A stretch of 64,000 bases of DNA from a virus: IMG/VR virus record IMGVR_UViG_3300027800_000004, positions 12,345-76,344 of that record; one strand, written 5' to 3'. The notes beneath the pieces were generated by a model. That model saw only the letters and a program-made list of their open reading frames with translations. It had not been told where the DNA came from and made no database searches. Numbering within the stretch: position 1 is the first letter of the stretch; every line of letters starts with the position of its first letter. The position numbers and the translations under genes were made by a program. This document shows positions 55,084 to 64,000 of this stretch, one piece after another.

Positions 55084-56559
55084 TTAATTTCTGTTTAACA
55101 ACTCGCATACCTCCGCTATTGTTGCGAACTGGCAGAAGGCTTCCTTATTTGCATAATGGGCAAACTGCGGAAGATCTCTTTGTAATTCAATAAACCTCTC
55201 GTTATTCAGAGATGGAGTTAATCCGGAGAGAACATGGTACAACTCTTTCTTCGTTGCAAAGTCTCTTTCGTTGCCCTTATTGAAGGCCGGCACAAACAAT
55301 TTGTACTTGTTCAACTCTGTGCTGCTTGGCTGAATGAGTTCATCCTTAACATTAGTATCTGCCTCCGGGGTCGGATTAATATACATTTTCTCTTCTGGTG
55401 TCAATGCAGCTTCTTCAAACGGCTTGAGATATTCCCTCAGAGTACCTTCCTGATGTGCAAAGATGATCTCACGGAGTTTCTTGTTGGTATTCTTCCCAGG
55501 AATGAGCATAAGAGCCTCTGACAACTCACTGTCTTCTTTGATTATCTTAAGGAGATCCTCTGTCTCCATGTCTGTCATTTGGGCAATAGTAAGTTTCCGA
55601 AACGCCTGGTCAGGTGTTATAGGATTTTTATGAATATCTTCCTTTGTCCCAAATTCGTGTCCCCTTTCCATTTCATCCACAAGAGGTCCAACTTCATGTG
55701 GTCCTTCATAAACAGGCATCTCTTCAATAGGTGTTGGTGGTATAAAAACCGGAGGAGGAGTTACCGAAACATTGGTTGCATCAACAGGCGCAAAGTCCGG
55801 AGCCTTGATCTTGTCAACTGCTCTTTCCGTGATCTTTCTGCTTCTTCCCTCTGCAAAACTCCTGTCCGGGATCTGCAAGGACACACCATTACCCTGGTCA
55901 ATCACAACCGTCTGGTCAACCGGCATGTCAGTCGCTTCTTCCGTAGTGTAGATGCCGGCCATGACATCAGGGAACAAGTCACGCGCAATAAATCCCAATG
56001 CCCGGTAGTTAATCATTCGTGCCGGATATTTGTACCAAGACGATGACTTGTACTTCCACCCATCCTGTCCATTGACCTGTTGCTGAGTAATCCACAAACC
56101 GGCTCTCTTGGCATTTGCAACAGAGAATGATCGTGTCAAGGTCTGTCCATTGTCAGATCTCGCTGCCGTAATCATAACAATGAAATTCTCTTGTTCGATA
56201 GAACCCTCTTCTTTCTCAACCCAGGATCCGGATTTAAGTTTTCCGGAATTGAAGATCATGCTCTTTGCCAGGTCCCCTTTGATAGAAAGCAAACCATTGA
56301 CAGGAATGATATGCTGCAATGCTGTCAGAGGCGGCAACTGCAACTGATATCCCTGTATCAGAACCGCAACAACTGATGCGGTCTTGCCCTTATCAAAGTC
56401 CGGCTTTCCATCCGGTAGTTTCTCATAGAAGTGGTTCGGGACCAACTTACTCTTCAGTAAGATGTTCGCAAAGTTCTCCATCTTCTCAACTGTCTCGTAG
56501 GCATCCTCCACGAATTTCGGAAGCCTCGTTTCTGCTTTCACTAATACATTGTCGCTCAT
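55084..56559 (-). CDS. RecT/Red-beta-like single-strand annealing protein with long C-terminal extension (491 aa)
   Basis: LLKSKLVP, GYQLQLPPLTALQHI..VNG, FSVANAKRAGL and W.KYPARM..YRALGF.ARD.FPDV..GIYT.EE motifs. Confidence 0.85.
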   Translation of the reverse strand: MSDNVLVKAETRLPKFVEDAYETVEKMENFANILLKSKLVPNHFYEKLPDGKPDFDKGKTASVVAVLIQGYQLQLPPLTALQHIIPVNGLLSIKGDLAKSMIFNSGKLKSGSWVEKEEGSIEQENFIVMITAARSDNGQTLTRSFSVANAKRAGLWITQQQVNGQDGWKYKSSSWYKYPARMINYRALGFIARDLFPDVMAGIYTTEEATDMPVDQTVVIDQGNGVSLQIPDRSFAEGRSRKITERAVDKIKAPDFAPVDATNVSVTPPPVFIPPTPIEEMPVYEGPHEVGPLVDEMERGHEFGTKEDIHKNPITPDQAFRKLTIAQMTDMETEDLLKIIKEDSELSEALMLIPGKNTNKKLREIIFAHQEGTLREYLKPFEEAALTPEEKMYINPTPEADTNVKDELIQPSSTELNKYKLFVPAFNKGNERDFATKKELYHVLSGLTPSLNNERFIELQRDLPQFAHYANKEAFCQFATIAEVCELLNRN

Positions 56560-56576
56560 AATCTATTTTTAAAGTG

Positions 56577-56837
56577 TTATTTATTGTTTTCTTCATTTTC
56601 TATCTGCCAAAGGTGGTGACAGTAAGGATGTAGGTTCACAAACTCCGGCTTTGGTGGGAATATCTGTGCCATAGTCACGTTATCTGGTAGAAATAAGTAC
56701 CTGGCTTTCTTAATCTCGTTGTATGACGGAGATGCTGATGGTGTACTGATAGACAAATGCCACAAGCCATTGTCAATGCTGACTATGATATAGCACCTGC
56801 CCATTCTAAATGTTCCGGTCTTAAATTCCTTTTCCAT
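56577..56837 (-). CDS. Conserved phage hypothetical protein (86 aa)
   Basis: WHLSIS...PSYNEIK.AR..F...QIFPPK.EFVN.HPYC.HLW pattern. Confidence 0.7.
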   Translation of the reverse strand: MEKEFKTGTFRMGRCYIIVSIDNGLWHLSISTPSASPSYNEIKKARYLFLPDNVTMAQIFPPKPEFVNLHPYCHHLWQIENEENNK

Positions 56838-57180
56838 CGTTGTATTTCCATTGGTTATTCTTCACTCCCCAGATACTCCTGACCTGTTTTTCTTTATCGC
56901 CCTTGATTAATAAATCCATATCAGTTAAGTTGGTGATACATCTTCTTACTGTGGTAATCAACATGTATTTCATTTCTGGCATACCTTGATCCTCTCCGGT
57001 CCAGGCTTGAATATCATGTGGAGTGAACCATCTGTTTGGCTCTCGCTTGAAGATCTCAAGGATCTGGTCCTGTTGAGTCACCGCCTTCCGTTTGGCCTCC
57101 TTCAACTCTTCTCCCTCAATAGGTATAGAGTTATGAAAGTCTATCTCTTTCTGCTCTTCCATCGCTATTCCTTGTAACAC
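56821..57180 (-). CDS. Winged-helix protein (up to 119 aa)
   Basis: QQDQILEIF...FTP...ITTVRRCITNLT pattern. Confidence 0.6.
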   Translation of the reverse strand: MLQGIAMEEQKEIDFHNSIPIEGEELKEAKRKAVTQQDQILEIFKREPNRWFTPHDIQAWTGEDQGMPEMKYMLITTVRRCITNLTDMDLLIKGDKEKQVRSIWGVKNNQWKYNDGKGI

Positions 57181-57455
57181 GATATACCATCAAGTGAAAG
57201 GTAGATCCTCTCCCTGCCATCCTTTATAGATGATCGTGCCTTCAGGGCAAAATTGACCGTTACCCAATCATTCCTCTGGATGGTGTCAATCTGCTGCATA
57301 CTCTCGTTGATGAACTCAAATTCTACCTTGTTGGCATACTTGCCGTTCATAACCTCCATGACCAGGACCCGCTTGGCAAACTTGTCAAACTGCATCTTTG
57401 GCTGGATGTCAATAACCTTTCCGGAAATTGAAAAATTGTTCGTCTGTACTTTCAT
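57165..57455 (-). CDS. DUF3127 OB-fold (SSB-like) protein (96 aa)
   Basis: ISGKVIDI...FAKR.LV...Y...VEFEF...VTVNF.LK.R...YLSL pattern. Confidence 0.75.
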   Translation of the reverse strand: MKVQTNNFSISGKVIDIQPKMQFDKFAKRVLVMEVMNGKYANKVEFEFINESMQQIDTIQRNDWVTVNFALKARSSIKDGRERIYLSLDGISCYKE

Positions 57456-57473
57456 TTCGCTCGTCTTTTAGTT

Positions 57474-57905
57474 TTACATTAATGTTTGAATTGTTATCTC
57501 AGTCCGGGGTTTCTCCGAATATAGTTTTCTCCCTACTACTTGGCAAATCAGACTGTCATCCCGATAAAAGATCTTATTAAGTGCATCCTGCACAAACTTT
57601 ATTAAATTGTCAATATCAGGCTTTGATGAACACCATTCAGGTGCGGTTGCCTTAATCTTGCCGATATTCTTGCCAGTGCCATAGTGTCCTTTAGGTCTCC
57701 TCATATAAAAATTAATCTCAAGCATGATCGGTTCGTCAATGGGTGTCGCAGGTGCATCCTGTTGCAGTATTGAGGCAAATGTTTCCTTAACCTTCTTGGC
57801 CGGATCGTATGTCTGAACGTGCATACGAACACCGGTTCCCATTGTGTAATGCCTGTGTCGTGGTTGTGCTGACGGCTCTCCCAGGACTGTGAGTTTAATT
57901 GTCAT
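57474..57905 (-). CDS. rusA: RusA-family Holliday junction resolvase (143 aa)
   Basis: GEPSAQPRHR and KPDIDNLIKFVQDALN...DDS.I...KLYSEKPR motifs. Confidence 0.92.
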   Translation of the reverse strand: MTIKLTVLGEPSAQPRHRHYTMGTGVRMHVQTYDPAKKVKETFASILQQDAPATPIDEPIMLEINFYMRRPKGHYGTGKNIGKIKATAPEWCSSKPDIDNLIKFVQDALNKIFYRDDSLICQVVGRKLYSEKPRTEITIQTLM

Positions 57906-58019
57906 TTGCTTCTTTTTTGTCTCTGTTAATTAGTATTGCCGCACACAACGCAAACCCTACATAAAAGCCAATTATAAAAACGCCAATTATTGTTGCTGTC
58001 ATTTCTTTATGTTTTTAAG

Positions 58020-58433
58020 TTATGGTTGCCATACAATACCTGTTCCGTTGCAACTCCGACACGTTTCAGGTGTTATTGAAGTTGATGACCAATCACCGCT
58101 GGTTTGATTATAAAAACCATTTGGTACTTTCCCGTTGCCTCTGCATACAGGGCAAACTACTGCGGTTTTCTTTTCTTCTGTAACGGGGTCGGCATAATAA
58201 GCTCTTATCGCTTCGGGTATATCACTCCGATGCCAACAAGCTCTTGTCGCAACTTCCTCATAATGACTTAACGCTTCTCTCATTAAGTCTTTTCTTGGAG
58301 TTTGGTTTGATGTTTCTTCTGCTGCCATGTTATTTTCAGTATAAAAATCAGGAGGTTTCATTTTTAAGTCATCAACAGATGGCTTATAGTTTTTCAGAAA
58401 TTCTAACTCTCTCGGATCATCCATGTTTGACAT
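58020..58433 (-). CDS. Protein with C-terminal DnaJ-type zinc finger (137 aa)
   Basis: CPVCRGNG...CRSCNGTG. Confidence 0.65.
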   Translation of the reverse strand: MSNMDDPRELEFLKNYKPSVDDLKMKPPDFYTENNMAAEETSNQTPRKDLMREALSHYEEVATRACWHRSDIPEAIRAYYADPVTEEKKTAVVCPVCRGNGKVPNGFYNQTSGDWSSTSITPETCRSCNGTGIVWQP

Positions 58434-58641
58434 ATTTACGGGTTATAACATCAGGCTTGTATTTGCCCTGCATTTGCTCAATAACCTCTCGCAATGTTAA
58501 TTCAAGCATACCTATTAACTCAAGGGGTGTAAAGCCATCACAAGTTCGGTTAAGGCTCATAGAACCATCCTCATATTTGATTTGCTCAATATGATAGATA
58601 CTTTTTGAAACTACTTTATTCTTATTCGCTGTTTTAGTCAT
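58417..58641 (-). CDS. Hypothetical protein (74 aa)
   Basis: RTCDGFTPLELIGMLE; ORF within the operon. Confidence 0.55.
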   Translation of the reverse strand: MTKTANKNKVVSKSIYHIEQIKYEDGSMSLNRTCDGFTPLELIGMLELTLREVIEQMQGKYKPDVITRKYVKHG

Positions 58642-58654
58642 GGCTTATATTTAT

Positions 58655-58918
58655 TTAGTCATAAATTATTTTTGCTACATCCCAGGCAGTCTTAGCACTT
58701 AATCTCCGCTTATAAAGCCTATCCAGAAAGGTTAATTTATCTATCCCCTTGTAGTAATTAAGTCTCCATACAAGTGATAAAAACATCTTTATGCGTTTTA
58801 TCTTTCTCTGCCTCTTTGGGGTTAAATCAACAATTTCATCACCAAAAACCTCCTTCATTTTGGCAATAAAGAGGGCCGAATCATTCTCGTTCCCCATAGT
58901 AAAAATGTACTTCTTCAT
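58655..58918 (-). CDS. Hypothetical protein (87 aa)
   Basis: ORF within the operon. Confidence 0.5.
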   Translation of the reverse strand: MKKYIFTMGNENDSALFIAKMKEVFGDEIVDLTPKRQRKIKRIKMFLSLVWRLNYYKGIDKLTFLDRLYKRRLSAKTAWDVAKIIYD

Positions 58919-58919
58919 C

Positions 58920-59216
58920 TCATTCCTCTTTTAAGTTAACTCCCAATACTCTTAACTGATCCGGAGTGAACATCTCTATTGCTCCAGTCTTAATATTCTG
59001 GCACAGGCCAACAGTATAGTGAACAGGCACAAGATTACCATAGCTATCAGGAAGTAAATCAAACTTAAGACCCCAATGTAAAAGGATGTAGTTCTCCTTC
59101 TTATCCTCTCCATCTTCCTCATACGTTACCTCAACTATTGTCCTTATTCTGCTCATCTGCTGCGTATTTCCAAATATGTCCTCTCTTGCTTGGCCTGTTA
59201 TACCAAATGGAGTCAT
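58920..59216 (-). CDS. Hypothetical protein (up to 98 aa; real start probably MSRIRT)
   Basis: ORF within the operon. Confidence 0.5.
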   Translation of the reverse strand: MTPFGITGQAREDIFGNTQQMSRIRTIVEVTYEEDGEDKKENYILLHWGLKFDLLPDSYGNLVPVHYTVGLCQNIKTGAIEMFTPDQLRVLGVNLKEE

Positions 59217-59475
59217 AGATTACATCCTTGCTGCACTTTAACTCTTTGGCTGCCACTACCGCACTCTCATATCTGCCAAGGACCTTCATTGATAAATCAT
59301 ATTGTATCACTGGCTTATTATGGTGCTTTACAAGATGATTTCCTCTTTCATCCCACCCTGCCTGGTACATCCAATCAAGATATACCCTCATCCTCTCCTC
59401 GTTCTCTTCCGACAGGATCCCCTCCGTGTACATTGAGGCAATCATCTTGTTAATGGCCTTTTCCTTCATCATCAC
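59131..59475 (-). CDS. NUMOD1-type DNA-binding domain protein (114 aa)
   Basis: KPVIQYDL.....RYES...AAKEL......I.......GHIWKY pattern. Confidence 0.75.
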   Translation of the reverse strand: MMMKEKAINKMIASMYTEGILSEENEERMRVYLDWMYQAGWDERGNHLVKHHNKPVIQYDLSMKVLGRYESAVVAAKELKCSKDVIYDSIWYNRPSKRGHIWKYAADEQNKDNS

Positions 59476-60575
59476 CAGTTGTTTTGCTTAATCTTCGCAA
59501 ATTCGGCCTCCACCTTCTCTTCTGCGGGACTTTCTTTGATGCGGACAGTAAATGTACGGTTCTTGGCTCCCTTGCGCTCTGCCCAGGTAATATTGCCCGA
59601 TTTGCCAAAGTCAATAACTTCCACACCATAGCGGTTCATGTCACGGAGCAATAAGTTCTGGATCCCGGTTCTCTCTGCCTCTACCCTGGTCTTTAACCTT
59701 CTGAGGAAAGTATCTCTTCTGCAGAGATCAAATTGGTCTATTGTTCCTTCAATAGTCTCTCTCTCCTTGAAGAAGCGTTCGTTCATAAATTCCTGGTACG
59801 CCTCTGAGTTATCCGGGTCCGGCTCATGCTTCTGTATGACAGCATCCCATTTCTCCACTTCCGGTATGTTGGCAATCATCTGCGCCACACCTTTTCTCTC
59901 AAATGCTTCTTTGGCCGGCAATACCCTGTTTTCCCAGAAAGCCTTTGAGATCTCAATGATCCTCTCACATAGGGCCTCATCCCTCTGGATCTTCTCCACC
60001 TTAAAGACATTGCCATCCTGAAGGATCGCTATCTCAGCATAATCACTCTCAATGATAATCATGTACTGATGAACCTGAGCCAGATAGGAGATTGGAATGC
60101 CGTCTTGCCACATCTGCGCCGACCAGTATGACAAGGTTTTGACTTCCAATACTCCTTCTGTACTCAGTGGTTCACCCGTAATAAGGTTTACGCCACCCTT
60201 CATGTTGATTACCCGGTCAAGACTCGCAAACAGCCAGGGATACTTGGGATTGACAATATAGCCGTTAATATTGCGGCAATCCCTTACGATCTTGTCGTTC
60301 TTAAAGTTCTCGATGTAGCCATCATCGGTTCCATCATAATACTTCCAAATTTCTGCTATCTCGTCCTCAAGTTTACGGCCCCAGAACATCTTTGAGTTAT
60401 CCTCCATTCTTGGTTGAATAGTGCCTACTTTTTCATGGAACAAACGGACTGCCGTGTCATATTTGTTCAAACCAAGAATAGTTGAAACTTCCGATCCTCC
60501 GATACCATTTTTGCGAAAGTCATACCATTCCTGTGAATGAGGTTCTATGCGTGTGATAATAAGATCTGATTTCAT
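59472..60575 (-). CDS. YqaJ/lambda-exonuclease-family recombination nuclease (367 aa)
   Basis: EW..FRKNGIGGSE..ILGLNKY, WGRKLE, ASLDR, LEVKT and YLAQVHQYM motifs. Confidence 0.92.
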   Translation of the reverse strand: MKSDLIITRIEPHSQEWYDFRKNGIGGSEVSTILGLNKYDTAVRLFHEKVGTIQPRMEDNSKMFWGRKLEDEIAEIWKYYDGTDDGYIENFKNDKIVRDCRNINGYIVNPKYPWLFASLDRVINMKGGVNLITGEPLSTEGVLEVKTLSYWSAQMWQDGIPISYLAQVHQYMIIIESDYAEIAILQDGNVFKVEKIQRDEALCERIIEISKAFWENRVLPAKEAFERKGVAQMIANIPEVEKWDAVIQKHEPDPDNSEAYQEFMNERFFKERETIEGTIDQFDLCRRDTFLRRLKTRVEAERTGIQNLLLRDMNRYGVEVIDFGKSGNITWAERKGAKNRTFTVRIKESPAEEKVEAEFAKIKQNNW

Positions 60576-61195
60576 ATAGGATTCATTGTTTTAAGTATCA
60601 TTCTAATTTCCCAAGGGAGTTTATCCAACCCCATAATCTCCATTGGCTGATCGCCATTCATTTTGAACCATAATGGGAGAAAATAGAACTCCGTGCCATC
60701 TGCGCTGCGAATAACAGATCCTATTTTGCGGAGTGCTGACCGGAGATCCTCTTTGTCCTCATTAACAAGAATTGGAGGTATATCATTCTCTGCCTTTGCA
60801 TCTGCCATCTCCTTCTCTATTTCTTCAAACGTGGGGATATTTGGTTCTTCCCATTTTTTCTGTTCTTCATCAAGTGTATGCTTGATTTGCGCCTTGTCAA
60901 GATCATTCTGAGCATTGTCAACGAACTCCTCAACGCTCTTAACCTCAATCACACTTCCCCTATGCACAAAAATTCCGTCCATAAATGTCGTGATTGGCTT
61001 CTTTGATTCGTACCAAGGCTTTATCTTGTCCCAGATCTTATCCGGGACCGCCTTGAGGTTATTTCCAAGCTTGATCATTGAGACATATCCCTGGTTAATT
61101 CCAAGGTGGTCCTGTGCCATTCTCTGAGAGATTTTCTCTTCCTCCAAGGCATCTCTGAGCTTGATGTGGATGTCATTTTTTTCTTTTGGTGTCAT
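60572..61195 (-). CDS. Hypothetical protein with N-terminal HTH (207 aa)
   Basis: ISQRMAQDHLGINQGYVSMI. Confidence 0.55.
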   Translation of the reverse strand: MTPKEKNDIHIKLRDALEEEKISQRMAQDHLGINQGYVSMIKLGNNLKAVPDKIWDKIKPWYESKKPITTFMDGIFVHRGSVIEVKSVEEFVDNAQNDLDKAQIKHTLDEEQKKWEEPNIPTFEEIEKEMADAKAENDIPPILVNEDKEDLRSALRKIGSVIRSADGTEFYFLPLWFKMNGDQPMEIMGLDKLPWEIRMILKTMNPI

Positions 61196-61611
61196 TTTAT
61201 AGGTGGTTTAAAGTTTAACTTCAATGGCTCAAGGATAAAGTATATCTGCTCAAAGATCTCCCCCAGAATTTTGGCCTGTTCCGACATCAATTCGGCCTCT
61301 TGCCTTCCATTGTTGGAAATCTGATTGTACCACATCTGATAAAGACCAGAGAGCCGGTCTATCATACCCTCATGTTGTTTTACCAACTTCATACCCTTTG
61401 TGTGAAACTCCCGGAGAAACTTGTATCGGTGTTCCATAGCGTCATACCTGGCCTTTGCAGCCAATTTCTGCTCATCATCCTTCCACTTGTAGTTCGGGTC
61501 ATTCATTATCACAAATGCCTCATCAACCTTTGTTGACAGGAAATGAACCTCTTTCTGCTCAAACTCGTCCAGGATCTTCGCAAACTCGTAGTTATTTACC
61601 AATTCTTCCAT
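61192..61611 (-). CDS. Hypothetical helical protein (139 aa)
   Basis: ORF within the operon. Confidence 0.55.
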   Translation of the reverse strand: MEELVNNYEFAKILDEFEQKEVHFLSTKVDEAFVIMNDPNYKWKDDEQKLAAKARYDAMEHRYKFLREFHTKGMKLVKQHEGMIDRLSGLYQMWYNQISNNGRQEAELMSEQAKILGEIFEQIYFILEPLKLNFKPPIK

Positions 61612-62177
61612 TACCTTATTCTTTTAAAATCTATAACCCATACCCAGGGATTTAATACCCATGATCCTTTGCCGTTAATGCTTTCCCATATATCAATATA
61701 TGTGGCAAATCCATCATGAACCAATCCATTATGTGAACAACCCTCTAATATGCAATCAGTAAGTGTAATATCATGTAATCTCTGTGCCTTGATATCAATT
61801 ACTTCAAGTTTGATCCGGCAGGCTAATTTGGGCATGAAGATTGAAGGTTTCCACTTAAAAAGATGATGATTAGCATCTGGTACGTCTGCTTTGAAAAGCC
61901 ACTTAGTTCCGAACAATAGTTCCTCATTAAAATCAGATAGATACCATGTTTCTCTCACCCAGAGAATATCACCAACCTCCCATCGTGCTGTGTCTTTCAG
62001 GTACATCGGGATATCCCATCCATCGTGAATATCAAACATGACATTACCAATAAACACATGGCCACTATCCTCGTCATAAACAGGTTGTGGTTTACATATT
62101 CTCCTGGTCTGGTCCTTTCTACCTTCCAGAATAGCACGGACCATCGGTGTGCTAAATAATATCGGTTTCTCTGTCAT
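61611..62177 (-). CDS. ASCH/PUA-like phage protein (188 aa)
   Basis: EKPILFSTPMVRAILEGRK.QTRR, GDILWVRETW, WKPSIFMP and NPWVWVIDF motifs. Confidence 0.85.
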   Translation of the reverse strand: MTEKPILFSTPMVRAILEGRKDQTRRICKPQPVYDEDSGHVFIGNVMFDIHDGWDIPMYLKDTARWEVGDILWVRETWYLSDFNEELLFGTKWLFKADVPDANHHLFKWKPSIFMPKLACRIKLEVIDIKAQRLHDITLTDCILEGCSHNGLVHDGFATYIDIWESINGKGSWVLNPWVWVIDFKRIR

Positions 62178-62425
62178 TCTATGTAAAAGATTTTATCCTC
62201 AAATACAATGTGAAAATCCACGTTCTCTATCTTGATGATACTGGCTACCTTCCTGGCATAATGCACACGATTGCCAACACCAACCTCAGTACATGCGTGT
62301 CCGACCTTCACTACCCTTCCGGTGTTTGGCGGTTCCTTCGTGGTTTTGGGAATGATTATTCCACCATCTGTCTTTTCCGGTAACGCATCCGGCTTGATTA
62401 ATACTGCTTTTCCAAGTAATTCCAT
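62174..62425 (-). CDS. groES: Co-chaperonin GroES (83 aa)
   Basis: LLGKAVLIKP...EKTDGGIIIP...GRVVKVG...VGVGNRV.Y pattern. Confidence 0.85.
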   Translation of the reverse strand: MELLGKAVLIKPDALPEKTDGGIIIPKTTKEPPNTGRVVKVGHACTEVGVGNRVHYARKVASIIKIENVDFHIVFEDKIFYIE

Positions 62426-62426
62426 A

Positions 62427-62714
62427 TCAGTTCGGTTCTATTATTAATATTTCCTGCTTGACATACCATCCTACCATCAGATAGTATGATCTCCATATCT
62501 CATCGCACATGGCACACAGATAATGCTGCGTGGTAGGATCATCTATGACCTCAAAGAGAACATATCCCAAAAGGATGTTGTTATCCTCTGCAATCAGATC
62601 GCCACAGCGATCACATGTAATTCCCTTGCCTACTATCTCGTCCATGTCAGAATGGTAATGGGTCCTTTTTATCAGTGGGAGTAATGTCAAAATCATCTCC
62701 CCGGTCAACCTCAT
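62427..62714 (-). CDS. Small zinc-ribbon protein (real start probably MDEIVGK)
   Basis: CDRC...LCAMC. Confidence 0.5.
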   Translation of the reverse strand: MRLTGEMILTLLPLIKRTHYHSDMDEIVGKGITCDRCGDLIAEDNNILLGYVLFEVIDDPTTQHYLCAMCDEIWRSYYLMVGWYVKQEILIIEPN

Positions 62715-64000
62715 ATCTCTCCTTAACAGTTACCGGTTGCTCCTTACTCTTTTTTACATCTTCCTTCTCTTCCTTCTCGGTGTACTCTGTAAATGTTCCA
62801 CCTTTATTGAAATCCATCTTTAACTTAACCCTGTCCTCACACCCAAGTTCCTCAAACCGGATCTTCTCTGTGCGAATAATTGTTGGGGCCTTGCTGTCCA
62901 CAACATACTTGTCATCTTCATCTGTGGTATCGGTTATCTGGTCCTTTGGTTTCATCTTTAGCTTATTTCGATGCACCAGTATTCCAATATCAGCTTTCTC
63001 CTTCCATGCAGAGGATCCTTTGATGTCATAAAGAGATGGCATCTTATAATTCATGTTCGATTGCATGTCAATCTTTCTGGGGTGAACTATGATAATGCCA
63101 TGTACATTATATGTATCGTTGAAATTAATAAGGTAGTCCAGTTGTTGTGAGATGAAGGTTGTCTCGGTCATCCATTTCGGCTGCTCATGCTCGATTTTAT
63201 TCCAGGCATCAATCACATAGCCGAAGATGTCCTCAGTCTTTTTAAGGTGTATCAGATACTCCAGAATAGAATTGAGGGTATTGATTTGATTGACCTGTAT
63301 CTTGCCGTTGAATGTCTCAAAGTTGTTCCTGTCCGGAGACACAACGAAGAAATGCTTGGCCATGAAAGTAATTGTTTTATTCCGCTGCTCTTCTGTCATG
63401 GAGTTTGTGGTACCTTCTTCAAATCTCTGTCCTGCCAATACTTCCGCCAGCTTTGCAAATTCCCTTGATACAGGTCTGTTCTCTGGTGTAAACAACGCCC
63501 ACTTAATGTTCTTGTTGTGACGCACAAACTGAGCCAGATACCACCGGATGAAAACCGACTTGCCTGATCCTGGCACTCCTGTCACAAAGGTTATATGCTT
63601 TGGCTTTAATGTGAATAACCTATCAATATAAGGGTATCCAATGCCCAGACCAGGCGTAAAACCGTGCTTGGCCAGAGTATTCATCTCTTCAATGACATCA
63701 TAGGGCCTTATGATACCCTTGACAGCGAAGGATGATAGGTTGTTGTAACATTCATCTACTCCGGCTTTACCAAGTGCCGGCAGTCCTTTCTTGACATCTC
63801 CGTTATAAACCTCGTTGATATCCTTATATCCTGTCGGATAATTGATGTACTTACATCTCACCTTGCCAAAGAAATGAACCAGGTGTTCTCTCAGGAACTT
63901 ACCGGCCTCATCATTATCGGTTGAAAATATCAACTGGTCCACGTTGTCCGGGTGGAAGAAGCTCTGTACATACGGATCCTCCGCATACGCAAACTCTTCT
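62647..64000 (-). CDS. Primase-helicase (T7 gp4/Twinkle-like), partial (N-terminus beyond the window)
   Basis: TOPRIM DNDEAG and KDINE; Walker A TGVPGSGKS; IDAWNKIEH, HPRK and YDIKGS..W..KAD motifs; frame is open to the window edge. Confidence 0.9.
   Translation of the reverse strand, partial: EEFAYAEDPYVQSFFHPDNVDQLIFSTDNDEAGKFLREHLVHFFGKVRCKYINYPTGYKDINEVYNGDVKKGLPALGKAGVDECYNNLSSFAVKGIIRPYDVIEEMNTLAKHGFTPGLGIGYPYIDRLFTLKPKHITFVTGVPGSGKSVFIRWYLAQFVRHNKNIKWALFTPENRPVSREFAKLAEVLAGQRFEEGTTNSMTEEQRNKTITFMAKHFFVVSPDRNNFETFNGKIQVNQINTLNSILEYLIHLKKTEDIFGYVIDAWNKIEHEQPKWMTETTFISQQLDYLINFNDTYNVHGIIIVHPRKIDMQSNMNYKMPSLYDIKGSSAWKEKADIGILVHRNKLKMKPKDQITDTTDEDDKYVVDSKAPTIIRTEKIRFEELGCEDRVKLKMDFNKGGTFTEYTEKEEKEDVKKSKEQPVTVKERYEVDRGDDFDITPTDKKDPLPF

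Noticed and set aside
1-64000. Stop-codon reassignment as in some crAss-like phages
   Set aside because: Core genes (TerL, portal, MCP) are full length in the standard code; TAA, TAG and TGA all end genes; no suppressor tRNA seen; most muzzle breaks also change frame.
1-64000. tRNA, rRNA, CRISPR array, integrase or IS element
   Set aside because: None recognised by eye; tRNAscan-SE or a CRISPR finder would be needed to exclude degenerate cases.

Overview
The window is a 64-kb segment of a crAss-like (Crassvirales-related) podophage genome. The host is probably a Bacteroidota species, given the TAnnTTTG promoters and the largely Shine-Dalgarno-free, A-rich start regions. Layout: (i) 1-44.6 kb, minus strand, late/structural block: ejected cargo proteins, tail stabilization (muzzle) module, ring proteins, a lysis-position cassette with a metacaspase, adhesin/fibre genes, major capsid, scaffold, portal, TerL, a glycosyl/methyltransferase cluster, a GroES-like protein and an initiator-like protein. 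(ii) A non-coding strand switch at about 44.6-45.1 kb, possibly the genome terminus. (iii) A mostly plus-strand early block at 45.1-53.3 kb (RadC, PcfK, PcfJ, hypotheticals). (iv) A minus-strand recombination/replication block at 53.4-64 kb (RecT-like, DUF3127, RusA, YqaJ, ASCH-like, GroES, primase-helicase). Two candidate undescribed systems stand out. First, at least five intergenic hairpin/terminator cassettes carry short sequences antisense to translation-start regions of other genes of this phage; one is a terminator loop complementary to an AACACACA motif that marks early-gene starts. Second, the muzzle gene is broken into three ORFs by nested cargo insertions, and the gene boundaries cut through domains (FISUMP, BACON, muzzle). 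Also notable: two small paralogues share an identical 24-aa tail in which 21 of 24 codons are synonymously different, and the early region has a gap of about 5.4 kb without GATC/CCWGG. All family calls come from motif recognition by eye; no searches were run.
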